A stretch of 64,000 nt of DNA from Octopus sinensis. Its lineage: Eukaryota. The stretch is from the NCBI RefSeq assembly GCF_006345805.1, contig NC_043014.1, forward strand, positions 26,908,001-26,972,000. The letters are read 5' to 3'. Shown here piece after piece: positions 1 through 12,197 of this stretch. Both the position numbers and the translations under genes were made by a program. The notes under the pieces are model-generated. The model was given only the letters and a program-made list of their open reading frames with translations, was not told the origin of the DNA and did no database searches. Numbering within the stretch: the stretch's first letter is position 1; every line of letters starts with the position of its first letter.

Positions 1-93
1 ATAATAATAAGGGAATATCAATTCCAGCATCACAAGGATGAGATATTCACGTTAAGAATATTAAGTTGAATTATTCTCAATAAATAAATACAG

Positions 94-538
94 AGGCGCA
101 GGAGTGGCTGTGTGGTAAGTAGCTTGCTAACCAACCACATGATTCCGGGTTCAGTCCCACTGTGTGGCATCTTGGGCAAGTGTCTTCTGCTATAGCTCCG
201 GGCCGACCAATGCCTTGTGAGTGGATTTGGTAGACAGAAACTGAAAGAAGCCTGTCGTATATATGTATATATAATAATAAGGGTGTGTGTATATGTTTGT
301 GTGTATAAGTGTGTGTGTATATGTTTGTGTGTCTGTGTTTGTCCCCCTGGCATTGCTTGACAACCGATGCTGGTGTGTTTACGTCCCCGTCACTTAGCGG
401 TTCGGCAAAAGAGACCGATAGAATAAGTACTGGGCTTACAAAGAATAAGTCCTGGGGTCGATTTGCTCGACTAAAGGCGGTGCTCCAGCATGGCCGCAGT
501 CAAATGACTGAAACAAGTAAAAGAGAGAGTAAAAGAGT
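94..538 (+). mobile_element. tRNA-derived composite SINE (family S1: tRNA head, core, internal TA/TG microsatellite, 3' module)
   Basis: tRNA-like head with A-box-like TGGCTGTGTGG and B-box-like GGGTTCAGTCCC, then CTTGGGCAAGTGTCTTCT core. The same architecture recurs at 21.3, 25.1, 41.1, 42.9 and 52.8 kb. Confidence 0.9.
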
Positions 539-540
539 AT

Positions 541-1126
541 ATATATCAAAGTATCATTAGAGACAGAAATCCTCATAAATTCATCAAATCAGAATATAAA
601 TTCAGCCATTTATATTATATACAAATGCGGAAAAAATATATACTAATGAGAAGAAAATATAAAATTATAAGAATGAAAATATTTGTATATATTTTTTCAT
701 TAGTGTATATTTTTCATTTATATATATATTTTTTTAGGCATAATTCATATTTAATTCTTAAATTAATTATGGCTAAAACTTCAGGGTTCAATGAATTTAT
801 TTACACATCTGCATGTTTTGACATACCAGAAATTTATTTATACATCTGTATAGTTTGATATACCTGTAAGTTGAAATATATAATGATAGATAAAATTATA
901 AATGGGGGATAGGTGGACCTGAAGATTGGGGTTGTATATAAGGAGAGGTTCAATAAGAGACTGGGTAGCTCAAGAACATAGTATACAACCGCATGAAACA
1001 CCTGTAGTCAATAACTTTGAACAAGAATAGTAAGTATTAAATATAATATTCTATGACATGTTTGAATTTATATTCTGATTTGATGAATTTACAGGGATTT
1101 CTGTCTCTAATGATACTTTGATATAT
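541..1126 (+). mobile_element. Non-autonomous Penelope-like foldback element with ~65-bp inverted arms and a decayed hammerhead motif
   Basis: 541-604 is the near reverse complement of 1063-1126. Both ends run into TA repeats. Hammerhead-like core at 915-1010. Confidence 0.65.
915..1010 (+). ncRNA. Degenerate minimal type I hammerhead ribozyme
   Basis: GAC-CTGAAGA...GGTTGTATA [long loop] TATACAACC-GCAT-GAAA-CACCTG-TA-GTC. Shows a 9-bp stem II pairing, GAC/GTC stem I and a near-palindromic stem III. Confidence 0.55.
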
Positions 1127-1164
1127 ATATATATATACACACACACATATATAAGACATGAATA

Positions 1165-1800
1165 GGCTTGAAAGAAATGAAGCTAGTATAATCCTATGGT
1201 GGTGTAATGTCAGTGTGCATACACAACAGAGTGTAAGCACCCTGAGAGAAAAGTTGGGCATAAGAAGCATCAAATGAGGTATGCAAGAGAGACAACTGCA
1301 CTGGTATAGCCATGTGTTATGTATGGATGAGGACAGCTGTGTGAGGAAGTGCCACTCCCTAACTGTAGAAGGAACCTGTGGAAGAGATAGACCCAGGAAG
1401 ACATGGGATGAGGTGGTGAAGCATGACCTTCGAACATTGGGCCTCACAGAGGCATTGACAGGAGACTGGGACCTTTGGAGATATGCTGTGATTGAGATCT
1501 GGAAACTAAAGTGAGATCACAGCCATGCATGGTCAGCCCTGTTAAGAATACTCCTGATGCATCAGGTGATATGTTATGCTTGAGAAGACCTACTGAGTCA
1601 AGTAAAATCAATACCGTAGCTGGGGCATGTAAAAAGCACCATCCGAATGTGGTTGATGCCAGGTCTGCCTGACTGGCTCCTGTGTTGGTGGCACATAAAC
1701 AGCACCAACCGAATATGACCAATAACAGTACCCCCTGACTGGCTCCTGTGCCGGTGGCATATAAAAGGCAACATCCAAACATGTTCATTGCCAGGCCCAT
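1165..1800 (+). mobile_element. RTE-clade LINE 3' fragment (RT C-terminus plus 3' UTR with ~66-bp internal repeats)
   Basis: ORF 1281-1514 RQLHWYSHVLCMDEDSCVRKC...GRDRPRKTWDEVVKHDL...WDLWR matches the RTE C-terminal pattern RLRWxGHVxRM...GRPRKRW...DR..WR. Confidence 0.8.
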
Positions 1801-1849
1801 CTTACTTGAAGAACTTCTCTAGACTGAAAGGTTCCATCATCCTCATCAG

Positions 1850-2030
1850 CAGCAGCATCATTTAATGTCTGTTTTCCATGCTGGCATGGATTGGACAGCT
1901 TGTCTACTAAGGCTAGGGGCTGCACCAGGTTCCAAAGTCTGTTTTGGCTTGATTTCTACAGATGGATGCCCTTCCTAATGCTTTTTAAATGGTACCTATA
2001 CTAGTGCTTTTTACATAGCACCTTGGTTTT
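1850..2030 (-). mobile_element. RTE-tail SINE fragment (family S3)
   Basis: Reverse complement of the ...CCATGCCAGCATGGAAAACAGACATTAAATGATGAT 3' end also seen at 4.3 kb and 62.05 kb. Confidence 0.7.
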
Positions 2031-2537
2031 AGGATCTCAATTCTATTGTAGTGGGCAGGTCTTCCTAAGTACAGCAATTCACCAAATATCTCAGTCCTCT
2101 CATCTTGCAAAAATAAATTATTTCATTTTGAAAACTTTCCATTATTACTATTTACCAACATAGACCATCACTAGTTCAACAAATTCTACCATTTCACTTA
2201 ACTACTGTTTCACACAGTCTCTACAAGCAAACCAGGTAAACTTGCATGCAGCATGGTGCACTATATTTAATTTCAACCACAAAAATCTATGAATGCTGGT
2301 TATTTTTATCCGAGATATACCTAGCTGCTACTGCTGCTACTGCTGCTGTATCATCACACAAGCAGATTTCCATTCTTCTTTGTAAACTCAAGATCTTCAT
2401 GCATTATATAAGAAATCCATTATGTGAACAAAAATGAAGTGCTAACCAAGATCTACCCTGTATACCACCTGCTCATATTTCCCACCACCACCACCACCAC
2501 CACCTCAGCCACTAGCATCTGATACTCCGATGCTTAC

Positions 2538-2575
2538 CAACAAAGTGTCTTTGCCAAAACCTGCTGTAATCAGTG
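2538..2575 (-). other. Candidate 38-nt spliced exon
   Basis: Minus strand: T-rich tract TTTTTTTTTTTCAG, then CACTGATTACAGCAGGTTTTGGCAAAGACACTTTGTTG, then GTAAGC donor. Two frames are open (LITAGFGKDTLL or TDYSRFWQRHFV). Splice signals are the only support. Confidence 0.35.
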
Positions 2576-2659
2576 CTGAAAAAAAAAAACCATCTTGAAG
2601 TAACAATTAACCCAGCAGTAATTTAGATCAGTTGTTTCTATTTTTGGTGGTGAAGACAT

Positions 2660-2696
2660 CCAGATTGTTGTTCTTCTGGTTTTTGTTGTTGTTGTT

Positions 2697-2727
<31 letters not shown>

Positions 2728-2805
2728 CTGTTGTTGTTGTTGCTGTTGTTGTTGTTGCTGTTGTTGTTTTTGCTGTTGTTGTTGTTGCTGTTGTTGTTGT
2801 TATTA
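2660..2805. repeat. (GTT)n/(GCT) trinucleotide microsatellite
   Basis: Directly visible; explains the poly-L and poly-N ORFs. Confidence 0.95.
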
Positions 2806-3157
2806 CAGCAGATACTGCTATTGATGATGATATAGCCTGTGGGTACTCTGTATTTCACCCTCTGATTCATGTCTCCCTTCCTTCACCCTCGTCTCTCCCC
2901 ATCTATTTATGTATATCTTTCTTTGCACATATGATTATGTGTGTGTGTGTGTGTGTGTGTGCACGCGCGTGTGTGTGTGCACGCGCGTGTGTGTGTGCGT
3001 GTGTAATTTCTCTTATGCATAGCTTGTAGGTCCCTTGGGTCTCTGCCTCTCATCTTATCCCCTTTCTCTTTCTCTCTTGCATTCTCACTGTACATATATA
3101 CGTGTGTTGATAAATACAGATATATGCATACATATGTATGTATGCATGTGCTGCATG

Positions 3158-3219
<62 letters not shown>

Positions 3220-3879
3220 TATAGATATATATATACACATACACAGACACACACATGTATATATAGGTGCATATAAATATATATGTATGTATATGTACAT
3301 GCATATTATATGCATGCATTAACACAGACATATGTATATATACACATATATATGTACACACACATATATATATATATATATGTATACATATTTGCATGTA
3401 TATATATATATATTTACAAATATATGCCTACAAATACACATACATAAACATTCATATTTATGTGTAGTTAAGCATATATGCATATGCATTCATAATACTA
3501 GAAATATATACCACAAATCACAGTAAACACACACACACATACAGACATATACACTCCCTACACACACACATACACACACATATACCCCCCCACATAAACA
3601 TACACACACACTCTCTCTCTCTCACACACACACACACATAGACACATACACACATAAAGACACTAACACATACATGCACATTATCATAGCAGCATACAGA
3701 AGCTAGTTTGTTGCTCAACAGTTCAGTGTTAAGCTATGTTACAGTTTCAAATAAGGATTAGTATTAGATTTCTGTACTTCTAAGACTGTACTTCAAAGAC
3801 AGTTGGTATAAATATTAGCAAGGTCAACTACAGCTTGCTTTAATCATTTTGATAGATTAGTTTCAAATATTATTATGAG

Positions 3880-4015
3880 GTGAAAGCGCATAGCTTAGTG
3901 GTTAGAGTGTAGTGCTCACAATCTTGAGTCCAATTCCTGGACCAGGCTGTGTGTTGTGTTCTTGAGCAAGATACTTTATTTCACATTGCTGTTCACTCAG
4001 CTGTCGAAATGAAAC
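3880..4015 (+). mobile_element. tRNA-derived SINE 5' part (family S4, CTTGAGCAAGACACTTTATTTCAC core)
   Basis: Homologous to the minus-strand copy at 43820-44160. Confidence 0.75.
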
Positions 4016-4127
4016 CAAATGGTTTGTGGTTCACTCATGCTGAGTGGTACCCTAGTCATCTTTGTTTTGCAGAATTTCTTAATGAAAACTTTGCAGAACC
4101 ATGTCAAACACACACACACACACACAT

Positions 4128-4313
4128 GCCGGTGAAATGTAAAACGCACCCAGTACACTCTGAGGAGTGTTTGGCATTAGGAAGAACACCCAGCAATAGA
4201 AACCAAGCCAAAACAGACTGGAGCCTATTGCAGCTCTCCAGCTAACCAGTCTTAATTAAACCATCTTACCCATGCTGGCATGGAAAATGGACACTAAATA
4301 ATGATGACGATGA
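4128..4313 (+). mobile_element. RTE-tail SINE (family S3) with (GAT)n-like tail
   Basis: Homologous to 61880-62097; ends CATGCTGGCATGGAAAATGGACACTAAATAATGATGACGATGAT. Confidence 0.7.
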
Positions 4314-4988
4314 TATATATGCACACATATTAGGATTACAGTTAAAAGCTATCTTGAGCCATTAGGTTCAAGATAGTTTCAATGGTGAATCCATTGCAAA
4401 GTCATCCTCATCAACTGTTGCTGGTATTCATTTTCAGCTGAGTGAATTTAAATAATGTGAAATGGAGTACGTTGCCCAAGGACACAACACACTGCTCTAA
4501 TCTGAGAATCAAACTCACAACCTAATGAATATGAGTTCAACACTCAAACCAGTAGGCCACATGCCTTGTTGTATATGTGTATTACTTGGCATCACTTGTG
4601 CTGGTGGCACAAAAAAAGTATCTAGTATACACTGTAAAGCGTTTGGTGTAAGGAAGAGTTTCCAGGCATGGAAACCTTGCTAAACTTGACATTGGAGCTT
4701 TGTACCGTTCTAAGGTTTGACAAATCTTGTTACAAGTAAGCAGGAATTGAACACAGTGTTTCCAGTGTAAACTTTGGAGGTACAAGAAGTACAGCAAGAC
4801 CACAAGCATGGTAATTATTCCAAATATCAGTCCAGAACCTTTTAGCTTCTTCGGCATTAGGCTTTTCATTTTCAGTAGTTTCTTCTACACTATTTATTTA
4901 GTGATAAAACCTCCTCTGGTCTGTCTCAAACAATCAGTTCTGCTGAAATTGAGTTATTCTTTTCTGACCTGATTTATTATTATTATTA

Positions 4989-5050
<62 letters not shown>

Positions 5051-5066
5051 TATTATTATTATTATT

Positions 5067-5175
5067 GAGTGAGAGAACAGTGATTGCCATCAAAATGACA
5101 CTGGGGTAAAATATACGATGCCCAATATACCCATCATGACTACCTACCATATTATTATTATTATTATTATTATTA

Positions 5176-5222
<47 letters not shown>

Positions 5223-5306
5223 GAGTGAGAGAACAGTGATTGCCATCAAAATGACACTGGGGTAAAATATACGATGCCCAATATACCCATCATGACTACC
5301 TACCAT
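5067..5306 (-). repeat. Two identical 84-bp units (5067-5150, 5223-5306) separated by (TTA)n; 3' end of the element seen at 16415-16962
   Basis: Direct sequence identity between the two units. Homologues at 16880-16962 and 57580-57611. Confidence 0.9.
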
Positions 5307-5324
5307 ATTATTATTATTATTATT

Positions 5325-7460
5325 ATGTTTTTTCCTTCTTTCTTCAAATTTTCTTCCGTTTCTCGCCGAGTGTTTTCCATACACCTAGGGCAGAGAAGCT
5401 CATTGTATGCATTCCCAGATTACACACACAAATTCACAGATAAAATATTATTTAAAAATTAATAAATAAATAAATTCATGGATGGATATTGTTTTCACAG
5501 CGATAATGCTCTTCTCAGTACATGAGCCGTTCCAGTTAATACGATTTTTGCACTTCCTGTAGGGATGGTAAGCCTTGAATCGTTTTTAAATAGGTTTCAA
5601 TACCTTTTTTTAATCATTCCTAGAGGTCCTACAATCACTGGTACTGTAGTCGCCTTGAGATGCCACATTTTTTCGATTTGTATTAGCAGGTCTTTATATT
5701 TACTAATCTTGTCAAATTCTTTCGCCGCTATATTGTGATTGCAAGGGATACTCATGTCAATTAATAAACACATCTTTTTTGTCTGATCTTTTATAATAAT
5801 ATCTGGTTTATTAGCTTTTATAGTCTTGTTGGTCTGTATGGGGAAGTCCCATAGAATCGACACATTTTCTCCCTCAGTCACAGCTTCAGGATGGTGTTTA
5901 TACCATTTGTCAGCGGTTTTGATTTTATAATACCGACATATTGTCCAATGTAAATACTGGCCGACTCTGTCATGTCTTGCTTTATATTCTGCAGGTGCTA
6001 AGACTCTACACCCTGAGATTAGGTGGTCTATTGTTTCAATCTCATCGTTACAGAATCGGCATTTTGGGTCAACTCCATTTTTTATCACATTGACTTGGTA
6101 GTTCCAGGTTAATAAGCTTTGGTCTTGAGCAGCTAATATGAAACCTTCACTCTCTGCTTTTAGCCCTGAACTTCATAACCATTGGTGCATGTGTTTCTGG
6201 TCAACATCAGCTTGTTTGCTACGGGCTACATACTTGTCATGGAGAGGTTTCTGTTCCCATCTGCTAGCTAAATTTTCATGTGCTTTTGTCTTTGCAATTA
6301 ATTTTATTTTCTTTGCAGCTGCAGTTGGCGCATCTCCTTCAGCCTGATCAATCTGGTGGGTATCTAAGAGATCAGCAGCGAATTTTTTGTTCTCTCTGAG
6401 AATAGAGTGAAGTCTTTTCAGTCTTTCATATTTTTCAACAAGTTTTAGCATCAAATCGTTGGTTGCTTCAAGGTATTTGGCCAGTCCGATTGTGGTGGTT
6501 TTGTATGTAAGTTCAAGTTGGATCAAACCTCGACCTCCCTGAGTTCTGGGAAGGTAAAGGCGATCCACGTCTGCCTTTGGATGGTGCATCTTATTACAAG
6601 TCAGTAGCTTGCGGATCTTTCTGTCAATTTTCATTATTTCACTGGTATTCCAGTTAAGCACATTGAAGCTATAAAGAACAACTGGTACTGCTAAGGAATT
6701 TATGGCTAACACCTTATCATATGCATTCAGCTCAGACTTCAGGACTGCTTGAAGTCTTCTATAACATTCCTTCCTAACCTTCTCTTTCATGCTTGCATGC
6801 TGGATACCAGAGCCTTCATTTATTCCTAGGTATTTATAGGTTTGTTCCTGCTCAAGTTCCTTTATTACTGTTCCGATATCTAATTCGATTGAACTAGACT
6901 TTACCAAGTTCCCTTTCTTAAAAGTGGCTGGCACACTTTTCAAGGCCAAACTCCATCCCGATATCATCACTGAATCCTTTCATGGTATGTAATAATCCTT
7001 CAAGCTCTTCATCATTTTTGCCATATAGCTTTAAATCATCCATATAAAATAGATGACTTATTTTCCTGTTGTCAATTTTGTAGCCATATCTTGTTCTATT
7101 CAGTTCACTTGAGAGTGGTATTAGTGCTATGCAGAAAATTAGTGGTGAAAGTGAGTCACCTTGGAAAATTCTACAGTTTATGCTAATGTTGTTTGAGCGC
7201 AATACTCCATTAGAATGATATAATTGGAGCTTCGTGTTCCCTAGTGACATATTATACTTTAAAAAATCTGAAATCACAGGAGAAATTTTGAAAATGTCCA
7301 GCGATTTCAGAATCCACGAATGCGGTATGCTGTCAAAGGCTTTTTTATAATCAATCCATGAAGAGCTGAGATTTCTGCACTTGTTATGGCAGTTCTCAAG
7401 GATCATGCGATTAATTAGGAGCTGATCTTTGCATCCGTATGAGCCTTGTCTGCATCCTTT
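5325..7460 (-). mobile_element. R4/Dong-clade non-LTR retrotransposon, family A, 5'-truncated and frameshifted
   Basis: RT motifs WIDYKKAFDSIPH, IFQGDSLSPLIF, HLFYMDDLKLY (6918-7583). CCHC knuckle CRFC...HLISGC and RLE motif KPDIII...LIDMSIP...KISKYKDL (5597-6088). (AAT)n at both ends. Confidence 0.92.
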
Positions 7461-7470
7461 ATTATTATTA

Positions 7471-7530
<60 letters not shown>

Positions 7531-7531
<1 letters not shown>

Positions 7532-7745
7532 GGCGGTAAGCTGGCAGAATCATTAGCATGCCAGGCAAAATGCTTATCAGCATATTGTCCGTCTTTACAT
7601 CCTGTGTTCAAATTCCTGCAAGGCCATCTTTGCCTTTCATCCTTTTGGAGTCAATAGAATAAGTACCAGTTGAGAACTGGGGGTCAATGTAATTGACTTA
7701 CTCTCTACCTTGAAATAACTGGCCTTGTGCCAAAATTTGAAACCG
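7531..7745 (+). mobile_element. tRNA-derived SINE family S2 (AAGGCGGTGAGCTGGCAGAATC...TTGTGCCAAAATTTGAAACC)
   Basis: Recurrent ~215-bp unit with at least 8 full or partial copies in the window, usually beside (AAT)n. Confidence 0.85.
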
Positions 7746-7799
7746 TTATAGGAAAAAAGCTCAGGTTTGGTTTTATTCCTGGTAGGATTTTTGTGGGTA

Positions 7800-9590
7800 G
7801 CAGGTTACTACCTGTAACCTTAGGTATCCACAAGTTTTCAGCAATTACTCTTATTATTCATGTACAATTTTTTACTCTTATTATTCATATACACTCAAAT
7901 GATTAGACTGTTGGAATAAGAAAAAAGCCTAACATCAGGCTACAACAAGTAGCCTTAGATAGCAAGAACCCTCCTAAGTATGCTAGCTATCCCTAATAAC
8001 ACTGTTTTCTGGAGCTGTACTAAAATGAGTTTTATGCCTATTTCCTCTATCTGTCTGTTCAGATCTTTAGGAATAGTTCCCAATGCACCTGTAACTACTG
8101 GGATACATTTTACCCACACTTTCCATAGTCTCTGTAATTCAATAGCTAGGTCCTGGTACTTTGCAACATTTTCTATATTTCTTTTATTAATGTTTTTATC
8201 ACTTGGGACTGTAAAGTCAATTATTTGACACTTGCTATTCTCTTTATCTACAACCACCAAATCAGGCCTTCTAGCTTCTATTACTCTGTCAGTCTGAATA
8301 TGAGAGTCCCACAACATCTTGTATTTCTTACTTTCTAGTACTTTACTAGGTTCATGTTCATACAATCTATCAGCATGTTCAAATCCTGGCTTTCTACATA
8401 GCTCCCAGTGGATTGCTCTCCTTAGATTGTCATGTCTTTTCTTGTATTCTTTCAATGACAGCATGCAACATTCACTTACTATATGAGTAACACCTTCCTC
8501 TTTTGATTTGCATAATCTACATTGGGAATCTACTTGGATTTTGTCTACCTTGGCTTTTATCCAATTAGTCCTTAATACTTGATCTTGTGCAATTACTAAC
8601 AAACTTTCTGTCTCCCTTTTCAGCTTTCCTTTCTGCAACCATAACCATGTCTCACTACTACAATTTGCAGAAACTATATTTGGGAATTTATCATTGCCTT
8701 CTCCTGCCAGTCAGATAATTTCTGTTCTTTTTTCTGATTTTCAAGTTCATTTGGTGTTTTGTGACTCTAGCATCTTTTTATAAACTTTCTTCACTATTAC
8801 CTACATAGGAGTCTATATCTACTCTAGCTAACTGCACACAGTCTTCTGATACTAACCCTCTTCCACCTTCCTTTCTAAGTAGGTATAATCTTGCTACTCC
8901 TGCTCTTGGGTGGATTCCTGCATTCATATTGAATTCCTTCCTAGTTCTTCTGTCTTGCTTTGCTAATTCATTTTTTGTCCAATCTACAAAAGCTGCCGAG
9001 TATTTAAGTAATGATATTCCCAAGTATTTACAGCCTTCACTAGATTTGAACCATTTAGCTTTGACTTCATTAGCTTCCTCCCACTTCTGATGTACTCCTC
9101 AATTTTCGTTTTCCTTTCTGTAGTTAGTACTCTGTCAGATTCTAATACTCCTAGATAACTCTCTCCTCTTTTCAATGATTTTAATGTCTAGCCATCTGAT
9201 AATTGGATGCCTTCGCTGTTTACTATCTGTCCCCCTTTCATGACTAATATTACACACTTACCTATGCCAAATTTCATGCCTATATCTTTGCTGAAGAGTC
9301 TTACAGTCTATATTAAGGAATCTATCTCTTTTTTCATCCTTACTAAAAAGCTTCAGATCATCCACGTAGAGCAACCGGCTAATCTTTCCATTACTATATC
9401 TGAACTGATATCCTGCCTTTGCCTTCCTTAATACTAAACTGAGGAGGATTACTATAAGACAAATATTAAAAGGGACAATGAGTCTCCCTGGAAAATTCCT
9501 CTTTTGATATTAACTTTCCTTAAGAGTGTGCCACCTGAATAGAAATCTACACTGGCCAAAATAAGTTTAAGACCAATGATGACAGTTCTG
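7800..9590 (-). mobile_element. Decayed R4/Dong-clade retrotransposon, second family
   Basis: RGIFQGDSL at ~9480-9510; RLYLLRKEGGRGL; CRLC...HIVSEC; RRPDLVVVD...IIDFTVP...KYQDL...QKTVLLGIASILRRVL. Confidence 0.88.
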
Positions 9591-9834
9591 TTCCTTCATT
9601 AATTTATTTTCAACAAAACTGTGTAAAATTATTTTACTTTTTACAGTCTATGTAGAATTTTTGCCTCTTTCGAATGATATAGACATTATATATCTTTTTA
9701 CAATTTGAATAATTTTAATGTGCAATTAATTCAAAGGATTAAAAATTGTTGGCAAAATAAATTTAAGACTGTACCAACATAATTTTGATTAAATTGAAAA
9801 TTTACAGCACAAATGATCAACTAGCAGAAATTTA

Positions 9835-10478
9835 TTATTAGTATCTAGTTCCATAGCCATTATTTTCAATTACGGCCTTACAACAGCAAGACATGGAGTT
9901 TGACAAATGAATACAAAAATCACTTGGAATATTCTGCCATATTTCTTCAATAAAATTATATAATTGGGACAAATTTTGGGGGTTTTTTAACATGAACTCT
10001 TCAAAACATAATTCCATAAATTTTCTATTGGATTCAAATCCAGGCTCTGCGGAGGCCACTCAATAACCACCATGTCATTGTGCTCAAAATATTGCAAAAC
10101 TTTCCTAGCCTTATTATCAGGACAATTGTCCTGCTGGAAAATAGAACTCAATGGCATCTGATTATTTAAATATGGCAGCATATTTTCATTTACTAATTGC
10201 AGATAGCCTATACTGTTCAGTCTTCCCCCACCCCCACTCCTGTTTATGCTGTTTTCTTGACACACTTTTGACCAGTCTTTGGCTGTCCATTCAATATGGC
10301 TTTTAGCAAACTTGATCCGCTTCTGCCAGTTTGTCTCAGAAATTATTGGCTTCTTTCAAGTGATCCGGCCACATAGTCCAAATTCTTTTAGGCAGTTTCT
10401 GACAGTTTGCAGTGAAAAACTGATGTCAGTTTCATCAGATAATTACTTGCAAATGTCCACTGCTGTTAGCATTTGGTT
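9835..10478 (-). pseudogene. Tc1-family (DD34E) transposase relic, internally deleted
   Basis: IFQQDNCP...IEWPPQSLDLNPIENLW and C-terminal SMSCCCKAVIENNGYGTRY. Upstream KKPIISETNWQKRIKFAKSHIEWTAKDWSKV is joined directly to GRLNS. Confidence 0.85.
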
Positions 10479-10559
10479 ACCTTCAGAGAGCCTATGAATT
10501 CACCAAGCCATGTGTACTATTGTTTTTCTCAGAGTGCCCATTCTTTGAAGATCTTTGTA

Positions 10560-11690
10560 TTGGCCAGTGGCTTGGTAAAGCTTCCATGCTTGAACACAAG
10601 CCATTTTGCTGCATCCTCATTGCTTGCTAATGTTCATGAAGAACAACAGAAAAACTGTTCAAAGGCTCTATGCCAAAACGAAAGTTCTGCATTCTCACCT
10701 TATTGAGCTCTTGTATGCAGATGATTGTAACATGTTAGCACATTCCCAGAAAGATATGCTGAATGCAATTTCTGCAGCATGTGCAGCATTGAGTCTAACA
10801 ATCAACCTGGAAAAAAACCTGTTATAATTTACCACCCTGCTCCCTCCAAAATGTATGTGGAACCTTTTATAACTATAAATAGTCAAAGGTTGGAGACAGT
10901 GTCTAGATTTATTTATTTAGGAAGTACCTTGAGCACTGCTGGTCTTGATGATGAAATTTCATATAGAATCAGCAGGGCTAGTAGTGCTTTTGATAAGTTT
11001 GATAGGCATCTGCAGACAAGACATGATATATCTTCACAAATTAAAGTTAAGGTATATAACATATATGTCTTGCTATCTTTGCTATATGGGAGTGAGGCAT
11101 GGGTTATTTACCATAGGCATGTAAGGCAACTGGAATGATACCATCAATACTGTCTGAGAAAAAATTTGGGGATAAACTGGAAGGAGACACAAGACTGGGA
11201 TGAATGGAGAAAGACAGTGTATAGTGGTTGTTTGGTGTTTGAGAGGGAGAGAGTGAAGTATGAGGGAATTAGGAGGGGGCTTAGAAGGAGGGAACATATG
11301 GAGAGTGAAGGGGTGTTGCTTTTTGTGTGTGGTGGTGTTTGAGTTGTGCAAGCTTGATCAGCCATCAAAAATCTTACAGGAATCGATCTATGATAAACAG
11401 TGATGTGGCTATTACAATTCACAACAGTGAATAATGTGTAAAATGTAGAAAGGTGTGCGTCTCAGTTGGGGGGCTGAAAAGACATATTCAGAGAGTGCAT
11501 ACAGTGGCATCTGTTTCTCCTGCCAGCCACTGCAGTTGTACAGTGTGTAATAAAATGTGTAAAACTTTGACTGGGCTTAAAAGTCATTTAAGGCCATCAC
11601 ATGGCATCAATAATGAATCATTTCAGTATGTCTTTTTGGCAATGGCTTTTCTCATGCAACAGGGGTGCAGCTATGATACGCACACACACA
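10560..11690 (+). mobile_element. RTE-clade (BovB-like) LINE 3' fragment with C-terminal C2H2-like fingers
   Basis: RLYAKTKV...ELLYADDC; FIYLGSTLS...DDEISYRISRASSAF; KVKVY...LLYGSEAW; CTVCNKMCKTLTGLKSHLRPSH. Confidence 0.85.
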
Positions 11691-11864
11691 CATACATGCA
11701 GTCTGATGAAGACGAGCAGACCAGAGTTTGCAAATCCCTGACATTCCTCTTCTTGTAAAAGTTCAATAATCGTGTATTGAGTAATCCTTCAGTTGAAAGT
11801 TAAATTGTTTTTGTACATAACTTGACATGAAAACAAACTTTAATATGTACACATGCATATATTC

Positions 11865-11865
11865 A

Positions 11866-11899
<34 letters not shown>

Positions 11900-12050
11900 C
11901 TCTCACTGACACACACATGTACACACATACATATACAGGTGTGTGTACACATACACATACACATACACACACATACATACACACATGTATATATAGATAT
12001 ACATACATACACACATGTATATATATATATATATGTGCATATATACATAC

Positions 12051-12104
<54 letters not shown>

Positions 12105-12145
12105 ATATGCATGCACACACACACACGCATGCACACATATATACA

Positions 12146-12197
<52 letters not shown>

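Noticed and set aside
1620-1800. CRISPR-like repeat-spacer appearance (also 61775-61920)
   Set aside because: Only about three degenerate units, inside a eukaryotic retroelement UTR or SINE, with no cas genes.
4748-4810. Possible plus-strand exon GIEHSVSSVNFGGTRSTARPQAW with a GTAATT donor
   Set aside because: Weak acceptor, no recognised homology, no supporting neighbouring plus-strand exons, bounded by stops.
9600-9835. Terminal inverted repeat for the Tc1 relic
   Set aside because: No matching partner end found.
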